Positions 26,565 through 38,059 of a DNA stretch of 64,000 nt are shown here, piece after piece (within the stretch, counting starts at the first letter, position 1; each line of letters starts with the position of its first letter). The stretch is taken from the NCBI RefSeq assembly GCF_053078305.1, contig NZ_CP166879.1; one strand, written 5' to 3'. Both the position numbers and the translations under genes were made by a program. The notes under the pieces were generated by a model that worked only from the letters and a program-made list of their open reading frames with translations, made no database searches and was not told the origin of the DNA.

Positions 26565-29405
26565 ATGAAGCCGCTCTCTTCACCGTTACAGCAGTACTGG
26601 CAGACCGTTGTTGAGCGGCTGCCAGAGCCTTTAGCCGAGGAATCACTTAGCGCACAGGCGAAGTCAGTACTTACTTTCAGTGATTTTGTGCAGGACAGCG
26701 TGATTGCGCATCCAGAGTGGCTGACGGAACTGGAAAGCCAACCGCCGCAGGCCGACGAATGGCAGCATTACGCGGCATGGTTGCAGGAGGCGCTCAGTAA
26801 TGTGAGTGACGAAGCCGGGTTAATGCGCGAGCTGCGGCTGTTCCGTCGGCGCATCATGGTACGTATCGCCTGGGCGCAAACGCTGGCACTGGTTACTGAA
26901 GAGAGCATATTGCAGCAGCTCAGCTATCTGGCGGAGACGCTGATTGTTGCGGCGCGTGACTGGCTATATGACGCCTGCTGCCGCGAGTGGGGAACGCCGT
27001 GCAATGCGCAGGGCGAAGCGCAACCGCTGCTGATTTTAGGCATGGGTAAGCTGGGCGGCGGGGAACTGAATTTCTCCTCTGATATCGATCTGATTTTTGC
27101 CTGGCCGGAACATGGTTGTACGCAGGGGGGACGCCGGGAACTGGATAACGCGCAGTTTTTTACCCGCATGGGGCAGCGGCTGATTAAAGTGCTGGATCAA
27201 CCAACGCAGGATGGCTTCGTCTATCGCGTGGATATGCGGCTGCGTCCGTTTGGCGAAAGTGGCCCGCTGGTGCTGAGCTTTGCCGCGTTGGAAGATTATT
27301 ACCAGGAGCAGGGGCGCGACTGGGAGCGTTACGCGATGGTCAAGGCGCGTATTATGGGCGATAGCGACGGCGTCTATGCTAACGAGTTGCGTGCGATGCT
27401 GCGCCCGTTTGTTTTCCGTCGTTACATCGATTTCAGCGTGATTCAGTCGCTGCGCAACATGAAAGGGATGATTGCCCGTGAAGTGCGTCGACGTGGTTTG
27501 ACCGACAATATCAAACTCGGCGCAGGCGGCATTCGCGAAATTGAATTTATCGTTCAGGTGTTCCAGCTCATTCGCGGCGGGCGCGAACCGTCGCTGCAAT
27601 CGCGCTCTTTACTGCCAACGCTCAGCGCCATTGCCGAGCTGCATCTGCTTTCTGAAAACGATGCTGAACAATTGCGAGTGGCGTATCTGTTCCTGCGGCG
27701 TCTGGAAAACCTGCTGCAGAGCATTAACGACGAACAAACCCAGACGCTTCCTTCTGATGAGCTTAACCGTGCGCGGCTGGCGTGGGCGATGGACTTTGCT
27801 GACTGGCAGCAACTGACTGGGGCGCTGACCGGACATATGACCAATGTGCGCCGGGTGTTTAATGAATTGATTGGCGACGACGAAAGTGAAACTCAGGAAG
27901 AGTCGCTGTCGGAACAGTGGCGTGAGCTGTGGCAGGACGCGTTGCAGGAAGATGACACTACACCAGTGCTGGCGCATCTTAGCGAGGACGATCGCAAACA
28001 GGTGCTGACGCTGATTGCTGATTTCCGCAAAGAACTGGATAAGCGCACTATCGGGCCACGCGGGCGTCAGGTGCTCGACCATCTGATGCCGCATCTGCTA
28101 AGTGATGTCTGTGCGCGTGAAGACGCTGCCGTTACGCTGTCGCGCATTACCGCCTTGCTGGTGGGGATTGTTACCCGCACCACCTATTTAGAATTGCTCA
28201 GTGAATTCCCCGCGGCGCTTAAACATTTGATTTCTCTGTGTGCCGCGTCGCCGATGATTGCCAGCCAGCTGGCGCGTTATCCATTATTGCTGGATGAATT
28301 GCTCGATCCAAACACCCTTTACCAGCCGACGGCGACCGATGCCTACCGCGATGAGTTGCGCCAGTATTTGCTGCGCGTGCCGGAAGATGACGAAGAGCAA
28401 CAGCTTGAGGCGCTGCGTCAGTTCAAACAGGCGCAGCTGTTACGCATTGCGGCAGCGGATATCGCCGGTACGCTGCCGGTAATGAAAGTGAGCGATCACT
28501 TAACCTGGCTGGCGGAAGCCATGATTGACGCCGTTGTTCAGCAGGCGTGGGTTCAAATGGTTGCCCGCTACGGTAAGCCAAATCACCTGAACGATCGCGA
28601 AGGGCGTGGTTTTGCGGTGGTCGGCTACGGCAAGCTGGGCGGCTGGGAGTTAGGCTACAGTTCCGATCTTGACCTTATCTTCCTCCATGATTGCCCAATG
28701 GATGCGATGACTGACGGTGAGCGGGAAATCGACGGGCGGCAGTTTTATCTGCGTCTGGCGCAACGCATTATGCATCTGTTCAGTACGCGTACCTCTTCCG
28801 GCATTTTGTATGAAGTGGATGCTCGACTGCGTCCGTCCGGGGCGGCGGGAATGCTGGTGACATCCGCAGAAGCATTTGCCGATTATCAGAAAAACGAGGC
28901 CTGGACGTGGGAACATCAGGCGCTGGTGCGTGCACGTGTAGTGTACGGCGATCCGCAGCTCACCGCGCACTTTGACGCGGTGCGTCGTGAGATTATGGCG
29001 CTGCCGCGCGAAGGCAAAACCCTGCAAACAGAAGTGCGGGAAATGCGCGAGAAAATGCGCGCTCATCTCGGCAATAAACATCGCGATCGCTTTGATATCA
29101 AAGCCGATGAAGGCGGAATTACCGATATCGAATTTATTACCCAATATCTGGTGTTGCGCTACGCTCATGAAAAACCGAAGTTAACGCGCTGGTCAGACAA
29201 CGTGCGCATTCTGGAACTGCTGGCACAAAACGACATTATGGAAGAGCAGGAAGCGATGGCGCTGACCCGTGCTTACACGACGCTTCGCGATGAACTTCAT
29301 CATCTGGCATTACAGGAATTGCCGGGCCATGTGTCGGAGGATTGCTTCACCGCAGAGCGTGAACTGGTGCGGGCAAGCTGGCAGAAGTGGCTGGTGGAAG
29401 AATGA
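26565..29405 (+). CDS. glnE: Glutamine synthetase adenylyltransferase/adenylyl-removing enzyme
   Basis: 946 aa from [21 protein letters not shown].... The track ORF (26361) extends 68 codons upstream into ygiF. Confidence 0.95.
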   Translation: MKPLSSPLQQYWQTVVERLPEPLAEESLSAQAKSVLTFSDFVQDSVIAHPEWLTELESQPPQADEWQHYAAWLQEALSNVSDEAGLMRELRLFRRRIMVRIAWAQTLALVTEESILQQLSYLAETLIVAARDWLYDACCREWGTPCNAQGEAQPLLILGMGKLGGGELNFSSDIDLIFAWPEHGCTQGGRRELDNAQFFTRMGQRLIKVLDQPTQDGFVYRVDMRLRPFGESGPLVLSFAALEDYYQEQGRDWERYAMVKARIMGDSDGVYANELRAMLRPFVFRRYIDFSVIQSLRNMKGMIAREVRRRGLTDNIKLGAGGIREIEFIVQVFQLIRGGREPSLQSRSLLPTLSAIAELHLLSENDAEQLRVAYLFLRRLENLLQSINDEQTQTLPSDELNRARLAWAMDFADWQQLTGALTGHMTNVRRVFNELIGDDESETQEESLSEQWRELWQDALQEDDTTPVLAHLSEDDRKQVLTLIADFRKELDKRTIGPRGRQVLDHLMPHLLSDVCAREDAAVTLSRITALLVGIVTRTTYLELLSEFPAALKHLISLCAASPMIASQLARYPLLLDELLDPNTLYQPTATDAYRDELRQYLLRVPEDDEEQQLEALRQFKQAQLLRIAAADIAGTLPVMKVSDHLTWLAEAMIDAVVQQAWVQMVARYGKPNHLNDREGRGFAVVGYGKLGGWELGYSSDLDLIFLHDCPMDAMTDGEREIDGRQFYLRLAQRIMHLFSTRTSSGILYEVDARLRPSGAAGMLVTSAEAFADYQKNEAWTWEHQALVRARVVYGDPQLTAHFDAVRREIMALPREGKTLQTEVREMREKMRAHLGNKHRDRFDIKADEGGITDIEFITQYLVLRYAHEKPKLTRWSDNVRILELLAQNDIMEEQEAMALTRAYTTLRDELHHLALQELPGHVSEDCFTAERELVRASWQKWLVEE

Positions 29406-29452
29406 AGTATGGTATTATCGCGCGCAAATTTTGAATCTCTCAGGAGACAGGA

Positions 29453-30886
29453 ATGAAAGTAACGCTGCCAGAGTTTGAACGAGCAGGAGTGATGGTGGTT
29501 GGTGATGTGATGCTGGATCGTTACTGGTACGGTCCCACCAGCCGTATCTCGCCGGAAGCGCCGGTGCCCGTGGTTAAAGTGAATACCATCGAAGAACGCC
29601 CGGGCGGCGCGGCTAACGTGGCGATGAATATCGCTTCTCTCGGTGCTAATGCACGTCTGGTCGGGTTGACGGGCATTGACGATGCAGCGCGCGCGCTGAG
29701 TAAATCTCTGGCCGACGTCAACGTCAAATGCGACTTCGTTTCTGTACCGACGCATCCGACCATCACCAAATTACGGGTACTTTCCCGCAACCAACAGCTG
29801 ATCCGTCTGGATTTTGAAGAAGGTTTCGAAGGTGTTGATCCGCAGCCGCTGCACGAGCGGATTAATCAGGCGCTGAGTTCGATTGGCGCGCTGGTGCTTT
29901 CTGACTACGCCAAAGGTGCGCTGGCAAGCGTACAGCAGATGATCCAACTGGCGCGTAAAGCGGGCGTTCCGGTGCTGATTGATCCAAAAGGTACCGATTT
30001 TGAGCGCTACCGCGGCGCTACGCTGTTAACGCCGAATCTCTCGGAATTTGAAGCTGTTGTCGGTAAATGTAAGACCGAAGAAGAGATTGTTGAGCGCGGC
30101 ATGAAACTGATTGCCGATTACGAACTCTCGGCTCTGTTAGTGACCCGTTCCGAACAGGGTATGTCGCTGCTGCAACCGGGTAAAGCGCCGCTGCATATGC
30201 CAACCCAGGCGCAGGAAGTGTATGACGTTACCGGTGCGGGCGACACGGTGATTGGCGTCCTGGCGGCAACGCTGGCAGCGGGTAATTCGCTGGAAGAAGC
30301 CTGCTTCTTTGCCAATGCGGCGGCTGGCGTGGTGGTCGGCAAACTGGGAACCTCCACGGTTTCGCCGATCGAGCTGGAAAACGCTGTACGTGGACGCGCA
30401 GATACCGGCTTTGGCGTGATGACCGAAGAGGAACTGAAGCTGGCTGTAGCGGCAGCGCGTAAACGTGGTGAAAAAGTGGTAATGACCAACGGTGTCTTCG
30501 ATATCCTACATGCCGGGCACGTCTCTTATCTGGCAAATGCCCGCAAGCTGGGTGACCGCTTGATTGTTGCCGTCAACAGCGATGCCTCCACCAAACGGCT
30601 GAAAGGGGATTCCCGCCCGGTAAACCCACTCGAACAGCGTATGATTGTGCTGGGCGCACTGGAAGCGGTCGACTGGGTAGTGTCGTTTGAAGAAGACACG
30701 CCGCAGCGTCTGATCGCCGGGATCCTGCCAGACCTGCTGGTGAAAGGCGGTGACTACAAACCGGAAGAGATCGCCGGGAGTAAAGAAGTCTGGGCCAACG
30801 GCGGCGAAGTGTTGGTGCTCAACTTTGAAGACGGTTGCTCGACCACTAACATTATCAAGAAGATCCAACAGGATAAAAAAGGCTAA
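29453..30886 (+). CDS. hldE: Bifunctional heptose 7-phosphate kinase / heptose 1-phosphate adenylyltransferase
   Basis: 477-aa [28 protein letters not shown].... Confidence 0.97.
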
Positions 30887-30966
30887 CCGGAAAGCGGTTC
30901 ACAGATCTCGCTTCGTACATGGCAGGCCTATTGACGCTGTTGTTTTTTCAACCTAGAGTAAAGGAA

Positions 30967-31108
30967 CAAGGGTAAGGGAGGATTTCTCCCCCCTCTGATG
31001 AGTTGTTAGTAAGTCGGGAAACTTAACAGTAACAACACAACCAGTATGATGACGAGCTTCATCATAACCCTTTCCTTCTATAAGGCCCCTTCCTCGGGAG
31101 GGGCTTTC
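30967..31108 (+). ncRNA. sibE: Sib antisense antitoxin RNA (ends approximate)
   Basis: Fully overlaps ibs on the opposite strand. GC-rich hairpin ggcccct...aggggc plus T-rich tail near 31084-31108. Confidence 0.55.
31006..31065 (-). CDS. ibsE: Ibs type I toxin, 19 aa MMKLVIILVVLLLLSFPTY
   Basis: Hydrophobic 19-aa ORF below the track cutoff. K-12 order is yqiK-ibsD/sibD-ibsE/sibE-hldE. The D versus E assignment rests on position only. Confidence 0.7.
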   Translation of the reverse strand: MMKLVIILVVLLLLSFPTY

Positions 31109-31341
31109 CCGTTTCAGCCCCTTGCTGACTCCCCGATTGTTGATGAGCGCCGGACCCCGCGCAACGCTTTCCCTGAAGCAGTTTTGCCTTCCCCGAGCGG
31201 TCACGCAAAACGCTGCAACGTCCTGAGCATTTGCACCTTTTAGCGGAACGCAGATATAAAAAATCCCCGGCTTTTTGGGCCAGGGATATGCGTTAATGAA
31301 ACCTTCTTGACGCTGATTTTTTTTCAACCTAAAGTAAAGGA

Positions 31342-31483
31342 ACAAGGGTGAGGGAGGATTTCTCCCCCTCTGATTGGCTGTTAATAAGCTGCGAAACTTA
31401 CGAGTAACAACACAATCAGTATGATGACGAGCTTCATCATAACCCTTTCCTTATACAAGGCCCCTTCTTCGGGAGGGGCTTTC
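31342..31483 (+). ncRNA. sibD: Sib antisense antitoxin RNA (ends approximate)
   Basis: Same architecture as the first copy. Confidence 0.55.
31381..31440 (-). CDS. ibsD: Ibs type I toxin, 19 aa MMKLVIILIVLLLVSFAAY
   Basis: Second copy, 375 bp from the first. Confidence 0.7.
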   Translation of the reverse strand: MMKLVIILIVLLLVSFAAY

Positions 31484-31678
31484 CCGTTTCAGCCCCTTGC
31501 TGACTTCCCGATTGTTGATGAGTGCCGGATCCCGCGCAATGCTTTCCCTGTGGCAGTTTTGCCTTCCCCGAGCGGTCACGCAAAACGCTGCAACGTCCTG
31601 AGCATTTGCACCTTTTAGCGGAACGCAGATATAAAAAATCCCCGGCTTTTTGGGCCAGGGATGTTCATAGCTGAAAAT

Positions 31679-33340
31679 TTATTCTACGTTTTCGGCGACG
31701 GGAGTTGTTGAGGTTAAGGGTGAAGTCAATGCCGCCAGCGAGCCGCCTGAAACGCCAATTTCATTGAGCAAGGAGTCAATCAGCGGTGCCTGTGTGCGGT
31801 AAGAAAGGGCGGCAGACAATGCCTGCTCTGCAAGGTTTCCTCCACTAACGCTACCTGCGCTCGCATCACCCGCAGTACCACCACGATTCAGTCCATCGAC
31901 CTGAATGATCTTAATACCATCGATCGACTTCATCGGCTCAACGGATTTCTCAATTACCGCAGGCAGCGCCTGCAATAATGCCAGTTTGAATTTAAGGCTG
32001 GTTTGTTCATCAGAAAGTACGTTGATAGCATCGTTCAGCGCACGTTGTGCTTCTGCTTCCGCCAGACCTTTTTTACGCGTAGCTTCAGCTAACTCAACGA
32101 TCGCCGCCGCCTGCATCTCTGCGGCTTCTTTTTCTGCTTTTGCCCGCACGGTCAGTTCAACCGCTTTGGTTTCTGCATCCTGCGCGGCAGCGATTAGGGC
32201 AACTTGTTTAGCACGATCGGCTTCTGCGGTCTGGCGAGTGGTTTCAACGTTTTGTTGGGCGCTTACTGCTTCTGCGAGTGCAAGGTTAGCACGCGCTTCT
32301 GCCTGGGACTGTTGTTCCGATTTGGCGGCAATAGCGATCGATTTCGTCTGGTTAGCGATTTCGGTGACCTGCTGCTGTTCGATCTCTTTAATGCGAACTT
32401 CACGTTCAGCTTCAACTTTTCTTGAGCGGACGGCCTGTTCGCGGTCGATTTCTGTTTCCTGAATCTGTCGTTCAGCCAGAATTCGCGTCTGCTCTGCTTC
32501 ACGACGACGTTCAGCTTCAAAAGCCGCAATTTTCGCATTCTGCTCAGCGGTACGGGTTTTAACCTGCTGCTCCTGCTCAAGCGTCATAAACGCTTCTTGT
32601 TGTTCAATCTCCAACTTGCGCGAAAGTGCATCACGGTTTTTCTCACGCACCGCAACTTCTACATCCTGTTCAACTTCGTTACGCTCGCGGCGACGGCGCT
32701 CCGTCTCCTGAGTCAGTTTGGTTAAACCTTCGGCGTCAAAGGCATTGTTCGGATTGAAATGTTCTTTCGAGGTCTGGTTAAAGTTGGTAAGTGAAACGCT
32801 TTCCAGTTCCAGGCCGTTTTTCGACAGATCTTCAGCTACGGTATTTTGTACTCCCTGCACGAAGTTCTCGCGGGTATCCTGTAACTCATGCATGGTCATT
32901 TGCGCAGCTGTTGCACGGAGGGCATCGACAAATTTATCTTCAACCAACATACGTAAGTCTTCAGGCGACAGGGTGCGTTGCCCCAGCGTCTGGGCAGCGG
33001 TGGCAATCCCTTCTACTGAAGGTTTTACCCGCACAAAGAAAGCGACTACTACATCGACGCGCATACGATCTTTCGTAATCAGGCTATCAATGGTTGAGCG
33101 GCTGACTTCCAGCTTCAGAGTATTCATATTGATGGGGATTATTTCATGAAAGATCGGCATCACGATTGCGCCACCGCTCATTACCACTTTTTGCCCACCT
33201 AAACCAGTACGAACAAAAGCTTGCTCTGCCGAAGCGCGACGATAGAGCCTGGCGAAAATAATTCCAATAATAAACAGAATGCATACGGCAATAATCGCGG
33301 TAAACATCCAGGAGGGCACAGAATTAACAATATCATCCAT
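31679..33340 (-). CDS. yqiK: Flotillin-like (SPFH/band 7) inner membrane protein
   Basis: 553-aa ORF with an N-terminal TM segment, an SPFH domain and a long Ala/Glu-rich coiled coil. Confidence 0.93.
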   Translation of the reverse strand: MDDIVNSVPSWMFTAIIAVCILFIIGIIFARLYRRASAEQAFVRTGLGGQKVVMSGGAIVMPIFHEIIPINMNTLKLEVSRSTIDSLITKDRMRVDVVVAFFVRVKPSVEGIATAAQTLGQRTLSPEDLRMLVEDKFVDALRATAAQMTMHELQDTRENFVQGVQNTVAEDLSKNGLELESVSLTNFNQTSKEHFNPNNAFDAEGLTKLTQETERRRRERNEVEQDVEVAVREKNRDALSRKLEIEQQEAFMTLEQEQQVKTRTAEQNAKIAAFEAERRREAEQTRILAERQIQETEIDREQAVRSRKVEAEREVRIKEIEQQQVTEIANQTKSIAIAAKSEQQSQAEARANLALAEAVSAQQNVETTRQTAEADRAKQVALIAAAQDAETKAVELTVRAKAEKEAAEMQAAAIVELAEATRKKGLAEAEAQRALNDAINVLSDEQTSLKFKLALLQALPAVIEKSVEPMKSIDGIKIIQVDGLNRGGTAGDASAGSVSGGNLAEQALSAALSYRTQAPLIDSLLNEIGVSGGSLAALTSPLTSTTPVAENVE

Positions 33341-33366
33341 TATTAAATTTCCTTTTGATTAATAAA

Positions 33367-33996
33367 TTACAATATTTGGGGCCAGGGATTGTTTTCCGCC
33401 AAATATCGCGTTGCAGAAAGTCGGCAAATAATTAACACTTTGTCTCCTTTAGTGAAAATTTTTCCTTCTTCAGGCTCCAGTAGTAAATAATGTATTTGGC
33501 CAAATTGATCGGTGAGTTTTCCTTCGCAGGGATTACCTGAAGTGGCTTGATGACCGGTAATTAATGCCATGCTACCAATATATTCTTCTTCTGTAATAGC
33601 TGAACTATGGTCGCGTGGAATCCAGGGCGCAACTATTTTACCGGTATAATGCACCGCAATAATCGTAAACAGTAAACTGACAGGAACCACGAACAGGTTC
33701 GACAGTGGTGATTGCCAGACCATGATGCAGGCATGCTGCAACAGGATGCCAATAAGACCAAAAAAACCAGCCAGCAAGCAGAGAACGACGAGAGCTGGCA
33801 ATCTTCCGATATTGAGATAATGAAGTGCCTGGCTAATATGACCTGTGGTTATGGAATCATAATGGTCAAGATGTGCATCAAGAGCACCGGAGAGCATGTG
33901 ACCGCAGATAAGCGCAAAAATTTCTAAAAGGCCGATCAACAGTACAAAGGAAATAGCGAAAAGATAAGGGGTATTATAGTCGGCGAATAAAATCAT
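33367..33996 (-). CDS. yqiJ: NfeD-like inner membrane protein
   Basis: 209-aa membrane ORF upstream of yqiK. Confidence 0.9.
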
Positions 33997-34264
33997 ATGT
34001 CACTCCAATGTCCATTTAGTGACGCAATATTTACTTTGGGATAGTTTCCTTGCTTACATTTATCTTTGTTAATAATAACACATGTTAGAGAAGTTCTGGA
34101 AGAGAAAGTCTTTTAATATGGTTTTTTATTTTTCACTAAAAAGTGTGATCGAGGACAATATATTTACGCACGTTATGTTTAAAGGCACTACACTGATTGG
34201 GGAATACTGAAATCAGAAAAAGCATATGGCCTTAAAAGGTATGCGATAACCGGAGGATGTGCTT

Positions 34265-34465
34265 ATGGATCATAGTCTTAATTCTTTAAATAATTTCGAT
34301 TTCCTGGCGCGTAGTTTTGCCAGAATGCACGCAGAAGGTCGCCCGGTCGATATTCTGGCCGTTACTGGTAACATGGATGAAGAACATAGAACCTGGTTTT
34401 GCGCACGTTATGCCTGGTATTGCCAACAGATGATGCAAACCAGAGAACTTGAATTAGAACACTGA
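34265..34465 (+). CDS. glgS: Surface composition regulator GlgS
   Basis: 66 aa from [31 protein letters not shown].... Confidence 0.92.
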
Positions 34466-34499
34466 TATTACGGGCCGTCTGGCCCGTTTTTGTGTTGCT

Positions 34500-34799
34500 T
34501 TATTCTGCTTTATCAATAGGCGGGATAGCCGGAGGAGATTGAAGATCTGCTACCGAATTATTGCGCGCTTCCAGTTCACTGATGCGCTGCTCCAGTAACG
34601 CCAGTTTTTCACGAGTCCGTAACAGGACTTGCGTCTGTACGTCGAATTCTTCGCGGCTCACCAGATCGAGACGCGTCAGCTGCGCTTGTAGGGTTTGGCG
34701 GATTTTTTTCTCCACATCTTCCCCGAACTCCCTGATTCCTTTAGGCATTGATTCGTGAACCTGGCGAGCGATTTGCTCAATTTTTTTCGGGTCAATCAT
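34500..34799 (-). CDS. ubiK: Ubiquinone biosynthesis accessory factor UbiK (YqiC)
   Basis: Start set at [21 protein letters not shown].... The track ORF has 20 extra upstream codons. Confidence 0.88.
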   Translation of the reverse strand: MIDPKKIEQIARQVHESMPKGIREFGEDVEKKIRQTLQAQLTRLDLVSREEFDVQTQVLLRTREKLALLEQRISELEARNNSVADLQSPPAIPPIDKAE

Positions 34800-34920
34800 T
34801 GTAGTTTCCCTGTACTGATAGGTGTTGAGTGCCATTGTAGTGCGATAAGGGTAAGTCATAAACCAGAATTATGTGAAGCTATGCGTTGCTGCCGCTAATC
34901 ATTAGCGTTATAGTGAATCC

Positions 34921-35070
34921 GCTTATTCTCAGGGCGGGGCGAAATTCCCCACCGGCGGTAAATCAACTCAGTTGAAAGCCCGCGAGCGCTTTGGGTGCGA
35001 ACTCAAAGGACAGCAGATCCGGTGTAATTCCGGGGCCGACGGTTAGAGTCCGGATGGGAGAGAGTAACGA
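34921..35070 (+). promoter_or_regulatory. FMN riboswitch (RFN element) in the ribB leader
   Basis: gcttattctcagggcggggcgaaattccccaccggcggtaaa...ccggggccgacggttagagtccggatgggagagagtaacga carries the conserved RFN helices and lies upstream of ribB. Confidence 0.9.
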
Positions 35071-35174
35071 TTCTGTCGGGCATGGACCCGCTCACGTTAT
35101 TTTGGCTATATGCCGCCACTCCTAAGACTGCCCTGATTCTGGTAACCATAATTTTAGTGAGGTTTTTTTTTACC

Positions 35175-35828
35175 ATGAATCAGACGCTACTTTCCTCTTT
35201 TGGTACGCCTTTCGAACGTGTTGAAAATGCACTGGCTGCGCTGCGTGAAGGACGCGGTGTAATGGTGCTTGATGATGAAGACCGTGAAAACGAAGGTGAT
35301 ATGATCTTCCCGGCAGAAACCATGACTGTTGAGCAGATGGCGCTGACCATTCGCCACGGTAGCGGTATTGTTTGCCTGTGCATTACTGAAGATCGCCGTA
35401 AACAACTCGATCTGCCAATGATGGTAGAAAATAACACCAGCGCCTATGGCACCGGTTTTACCGTGACCATTGAAGCGGCTGAAGGTGTGACTACCGGTGT
35501 TTCTGCCGCTGACCGTATTACGACCGTTCGCGCAGCGATTGCCGATGGCGCAAAACCTTCTGATCTGAATCGCCCGGGCCACGTTTTCCCACTTCGCGCG
35601 CAGGCAGGTGGAGTACTGACGCGTGGCGGTCATACTGAAGCGACTATTGATCTGATGACGCTGGCAGGCTTTAAACCGGCTGGTGTGCTGTGTGAGCTGA
35701 CTAATGACGATGGCACGATGGCGCGTGCACCAGAGTGTATTGAGTTTGCCAATAAACACAACATGGCGCTCGTGACTATTGAAGACCTGGTGGCATACCG
35801 TCAGGCACATGAGCGTAAAGCCAGCTGA
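35175..35828 (+). CDS. ribB: 3,4-dihydroxy-2-butanone-4-phosphate synthase
   Basis: 217 aa from [29 protein letters not shown].... The track ORF starts 31 codons upstream inside the leader. Confidence 0.96.
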   Translation: MNQTLLSSFGTPFERVENALAALREGRGVMVLDDEDRENEGDMIFPAETMTVEQMALTIRHGSGIVCLCITEDRRKQLDLPMMVENNTSAYGTGFTVTIEAAEGVTTGVSAADRITTVRAAIADGAKPSDLNRPGHVFPLRAQAGGVLTRGGHTEATIDLMTLAGFKPAGVLCELTNDDGTMARAPECIEFANKHNMALVTIEDLVAYRQAHERKAS

Positions 35829-36089
35829 AAACCGCTGCTTAATTTACTGCCTTAATCAAGAAACCGAAGTTGTAGCAGGCTTCGGTTTTTATTTTTCCCT
35901 GCTATGCAAGATGTTAATTCCGCTTCTCTTTCTATGAGAAAATTTCATTAATATCAGGCATTCTTTTTCATTATGATCAAAATCATATAATTGTTCCGTT
36001 ATTATGCGACCATATGAATATATCCGAAAAAGGATATGTGAAATTTATGCGCTAAATGTTTAGTATTGTTAAATATTAAGGGTAAAAGG

Positions 36090-36260
36090 ATGTTTATCGC
36101 CTGGTACTGGATTGTATTGATTGTTCTGGTTGTGGTGGGTTATTTCCTGCATTTGAAACGTTATTGTCGGGCATTTCGCCAGGACAGAGACGCACTGCTT
36201 GAAGCGCGGAACAAATACTTAAACAGTACGAGAGAAGAGACAGCCGAAAAGGTAGAATAA
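36090..36260 (+). CDS. Hypothetical small single-TM protein
   Basis: 56 aa MFIAWYWIVLIVLVVVGYFLHLKRY... with AAAGGA 1 nt upstream of the ATG (tight spacing). Not recognised. Confidence 0.4.
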   Translation: MFIAWYWIVLIVLVVVGYFLHLKRYCRAFRQDRDALLEARNKYLNSTREETAEKVE

Positions 36261-36317
36261 GGCTTTAGTGAAACTAGCAGAAGTTGTCCATGCGCTGGAC
36301 AACTTCTGATGTTGCTT

Positions 36318-37091
36318 TTAACCAATTCCCGCCGTTTGTAGCAGCACTAAACTGAATCCCATCACTGACATTCCACATAGTACGCCATAGCTGGGGTTAT
36401 TATTAGGGTCAATCTCTTTGGCGAGCGGCATTAATTCATCAACCGAGAGCGCCACCATAATTCCTGCAACCGCCGCCATGATTGCCGCCATGACCACGGG
36501 GGAAATCATGCTACCGAGGATTAACCACGCCAGCACACCACCAAGAATTTCTGCCAATCCAGAAATCCCCGCCCACAGAATTGCCGTGCGTTTAGAACCC
36601 GTTGCTGCATAAACCGGGCCTGCAACCGCCAGACCTTCAGGAATATTGTGCAACGCGACGGCCAGTGCGATGCCAAATCCCAGCTCCAGGTTGCTGCTTG
36701 CCGTGACAAAGGTGGCAATCCCTTCCGGGAAGTTATGCAGACTGATGCCGAGAGTGAGCAGAATGGCTGTGCGCTTGATCGATTTTGGCAACGGCTGCAC
36801 CGATTTTTGCATTAAATCCTGCGGATGCGCATGTGGCAACATGCGGTCCAGGCCAAAATAGCCAAGCAGACCGAAGATAAACATTCCATAACCCAACACA
36901 GGCGACATTCCTTCAGCTGCTAGTGCGGCAGGAAGCATTTCCATTAATGAGATGAGCAACATGATCCCCGCCGCAAATCCTAGCGAAAACGCCAGTAAGC
37001 GGTTCGAGGGTTTTTGCCCGAGAACGCCGAGAAACGCGCCAATAAACGTGGCTGCCCCCGCCAGTATGGTCAGAATGAGAGGTACTGACAT
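36318..37091 (-). CDS. zupT: ZIP-family zinc transporter
   Basis: 257 aa from [22 protein letters not shown].... Confidence 0.95.
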
Positions 37092-37206
37092 CGACAACTC
37101 CTTATAAATCTTCACCTTCAGGCAGATCGTCAAAATAACTGATGATCATCATCATTGTTATCCGGGTTCTTACTCCGCCGAACAAGCGTATTGTGAGGAT
37201 ATCAAA

Positions 37207-38022
37207 ATGACACCTTTAGTTAAGGATATCATCATGTCTTCAACACGTATGCCAGCATTGTTTTTAGGTCACGGTAGTCCGATGAACGTGCTGGAAGATA
37301 ATTTGTATACCCGCAGCTGGCAGACGTTAGGGATGACATTGCCACGCCCGCAAGCGATTGTGGTAGTTTCGGCTCACTGGTTTACCCGTGGAACAGGAGT
37401 GACCGCGATGGAGACGCCGCCCACGATTCATGACTTTGGTGGCTTCCCGCAGGCGCTGTACGATACGCATTATCCTGCTCCGGGTTCGCCTGCGCTGGCA
37501 CAGCATCTGGTTGAGCTGTTAGCGCCGGTCCCGGTGACGCTGGATAAAGAAGCCTGGGGCTTTGACCACGGTTCCTGGGGCGTGCTGATTAAGATGTATC
37601 CTGACGCGGATATCCCGATGGTGCAGTTGAGTATCGATAGTAGCAAACCTGCCGCCTGGCATTTCGAAATGGGGCGAAAACTCGCGGCGCTGCGTGATGA
37701 AGGAATAATGTTGGTCGCCAGCGGCAACGTGGTGCATAACCTGCGTACAGTGAAGTGGCACGGTGATAGTTCACCGTATCCGTGGGCGACGTCGTTTAAT
37801 GAGTATGTGAAAGCGAATCTGACGTGGCAAGGGCCAGTAGAGCAGCATCCTCTGGTGAATTATCTCGACCATGAAGGTGGCGCGTTATCGAACCCAACGC
37901 CAGAGCACTATCTGCCGTTGTTGTATGTGTTAGGTGCGTGGGATGGGCAGGAGCCAATTACCATTCCGGTCGATGGTATAGAAATGGGCAGTTTAAGTAT
38001 GCTGTCGGTGCAGATAGGCTAA
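37207..38022 (+). CDS. ygiD: 4,5-DOPA dioxygenase extradiol-like protein
   Basis: 271-aa ORF. The start could instead be the internal MSSTRMP. Confidence 0.9.
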   Translation: MTPLVKDIIMSSTRMPALFLGHGSPMNVLEDNLYTRSWQTLGMTLPRPQAIVVVSAHWFTRGTGVTAMETPPTIHDFGGFPQALYDTHYPAPGSPALAQHLVELLAPVPVTLDKEAWGFDHGSWGVLIKMYPDADIPMVQLSIDSSKPAAWHFEMGRKLAALRDEGIMLVASGNVVHNLRTVKWHGDSSPYPWATSFNEYVKANLTWQGPVEQHPLVNYLDHEGGALSNPTPEHYLPLLYVLGAWDGQEPITIPVDGIEMGSLSMLSVQIG

Positions 38023-38059
38023 CAATTACCGGATGGCGAATGCCATCCGGCATCATTGA

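Larger units (their letters stand above)
30940..31665. repeat. Tandem duplication (about 375-bp period) carrying two Sib/Ibs type I toxin-antitoxin loci
   Basis: 30940-31290 and 31315-31665 align nearly base for base. Confidence 0.85.

Noticed and set aside
31046-31618. Two near-identical 65-aa ORFs (MMTSFIITLS...)
   Set aside because: They are frame artefacts of the duplicated Sib/Ibs locus. The real toxin ORFs are 19 aa on the opposite strand.
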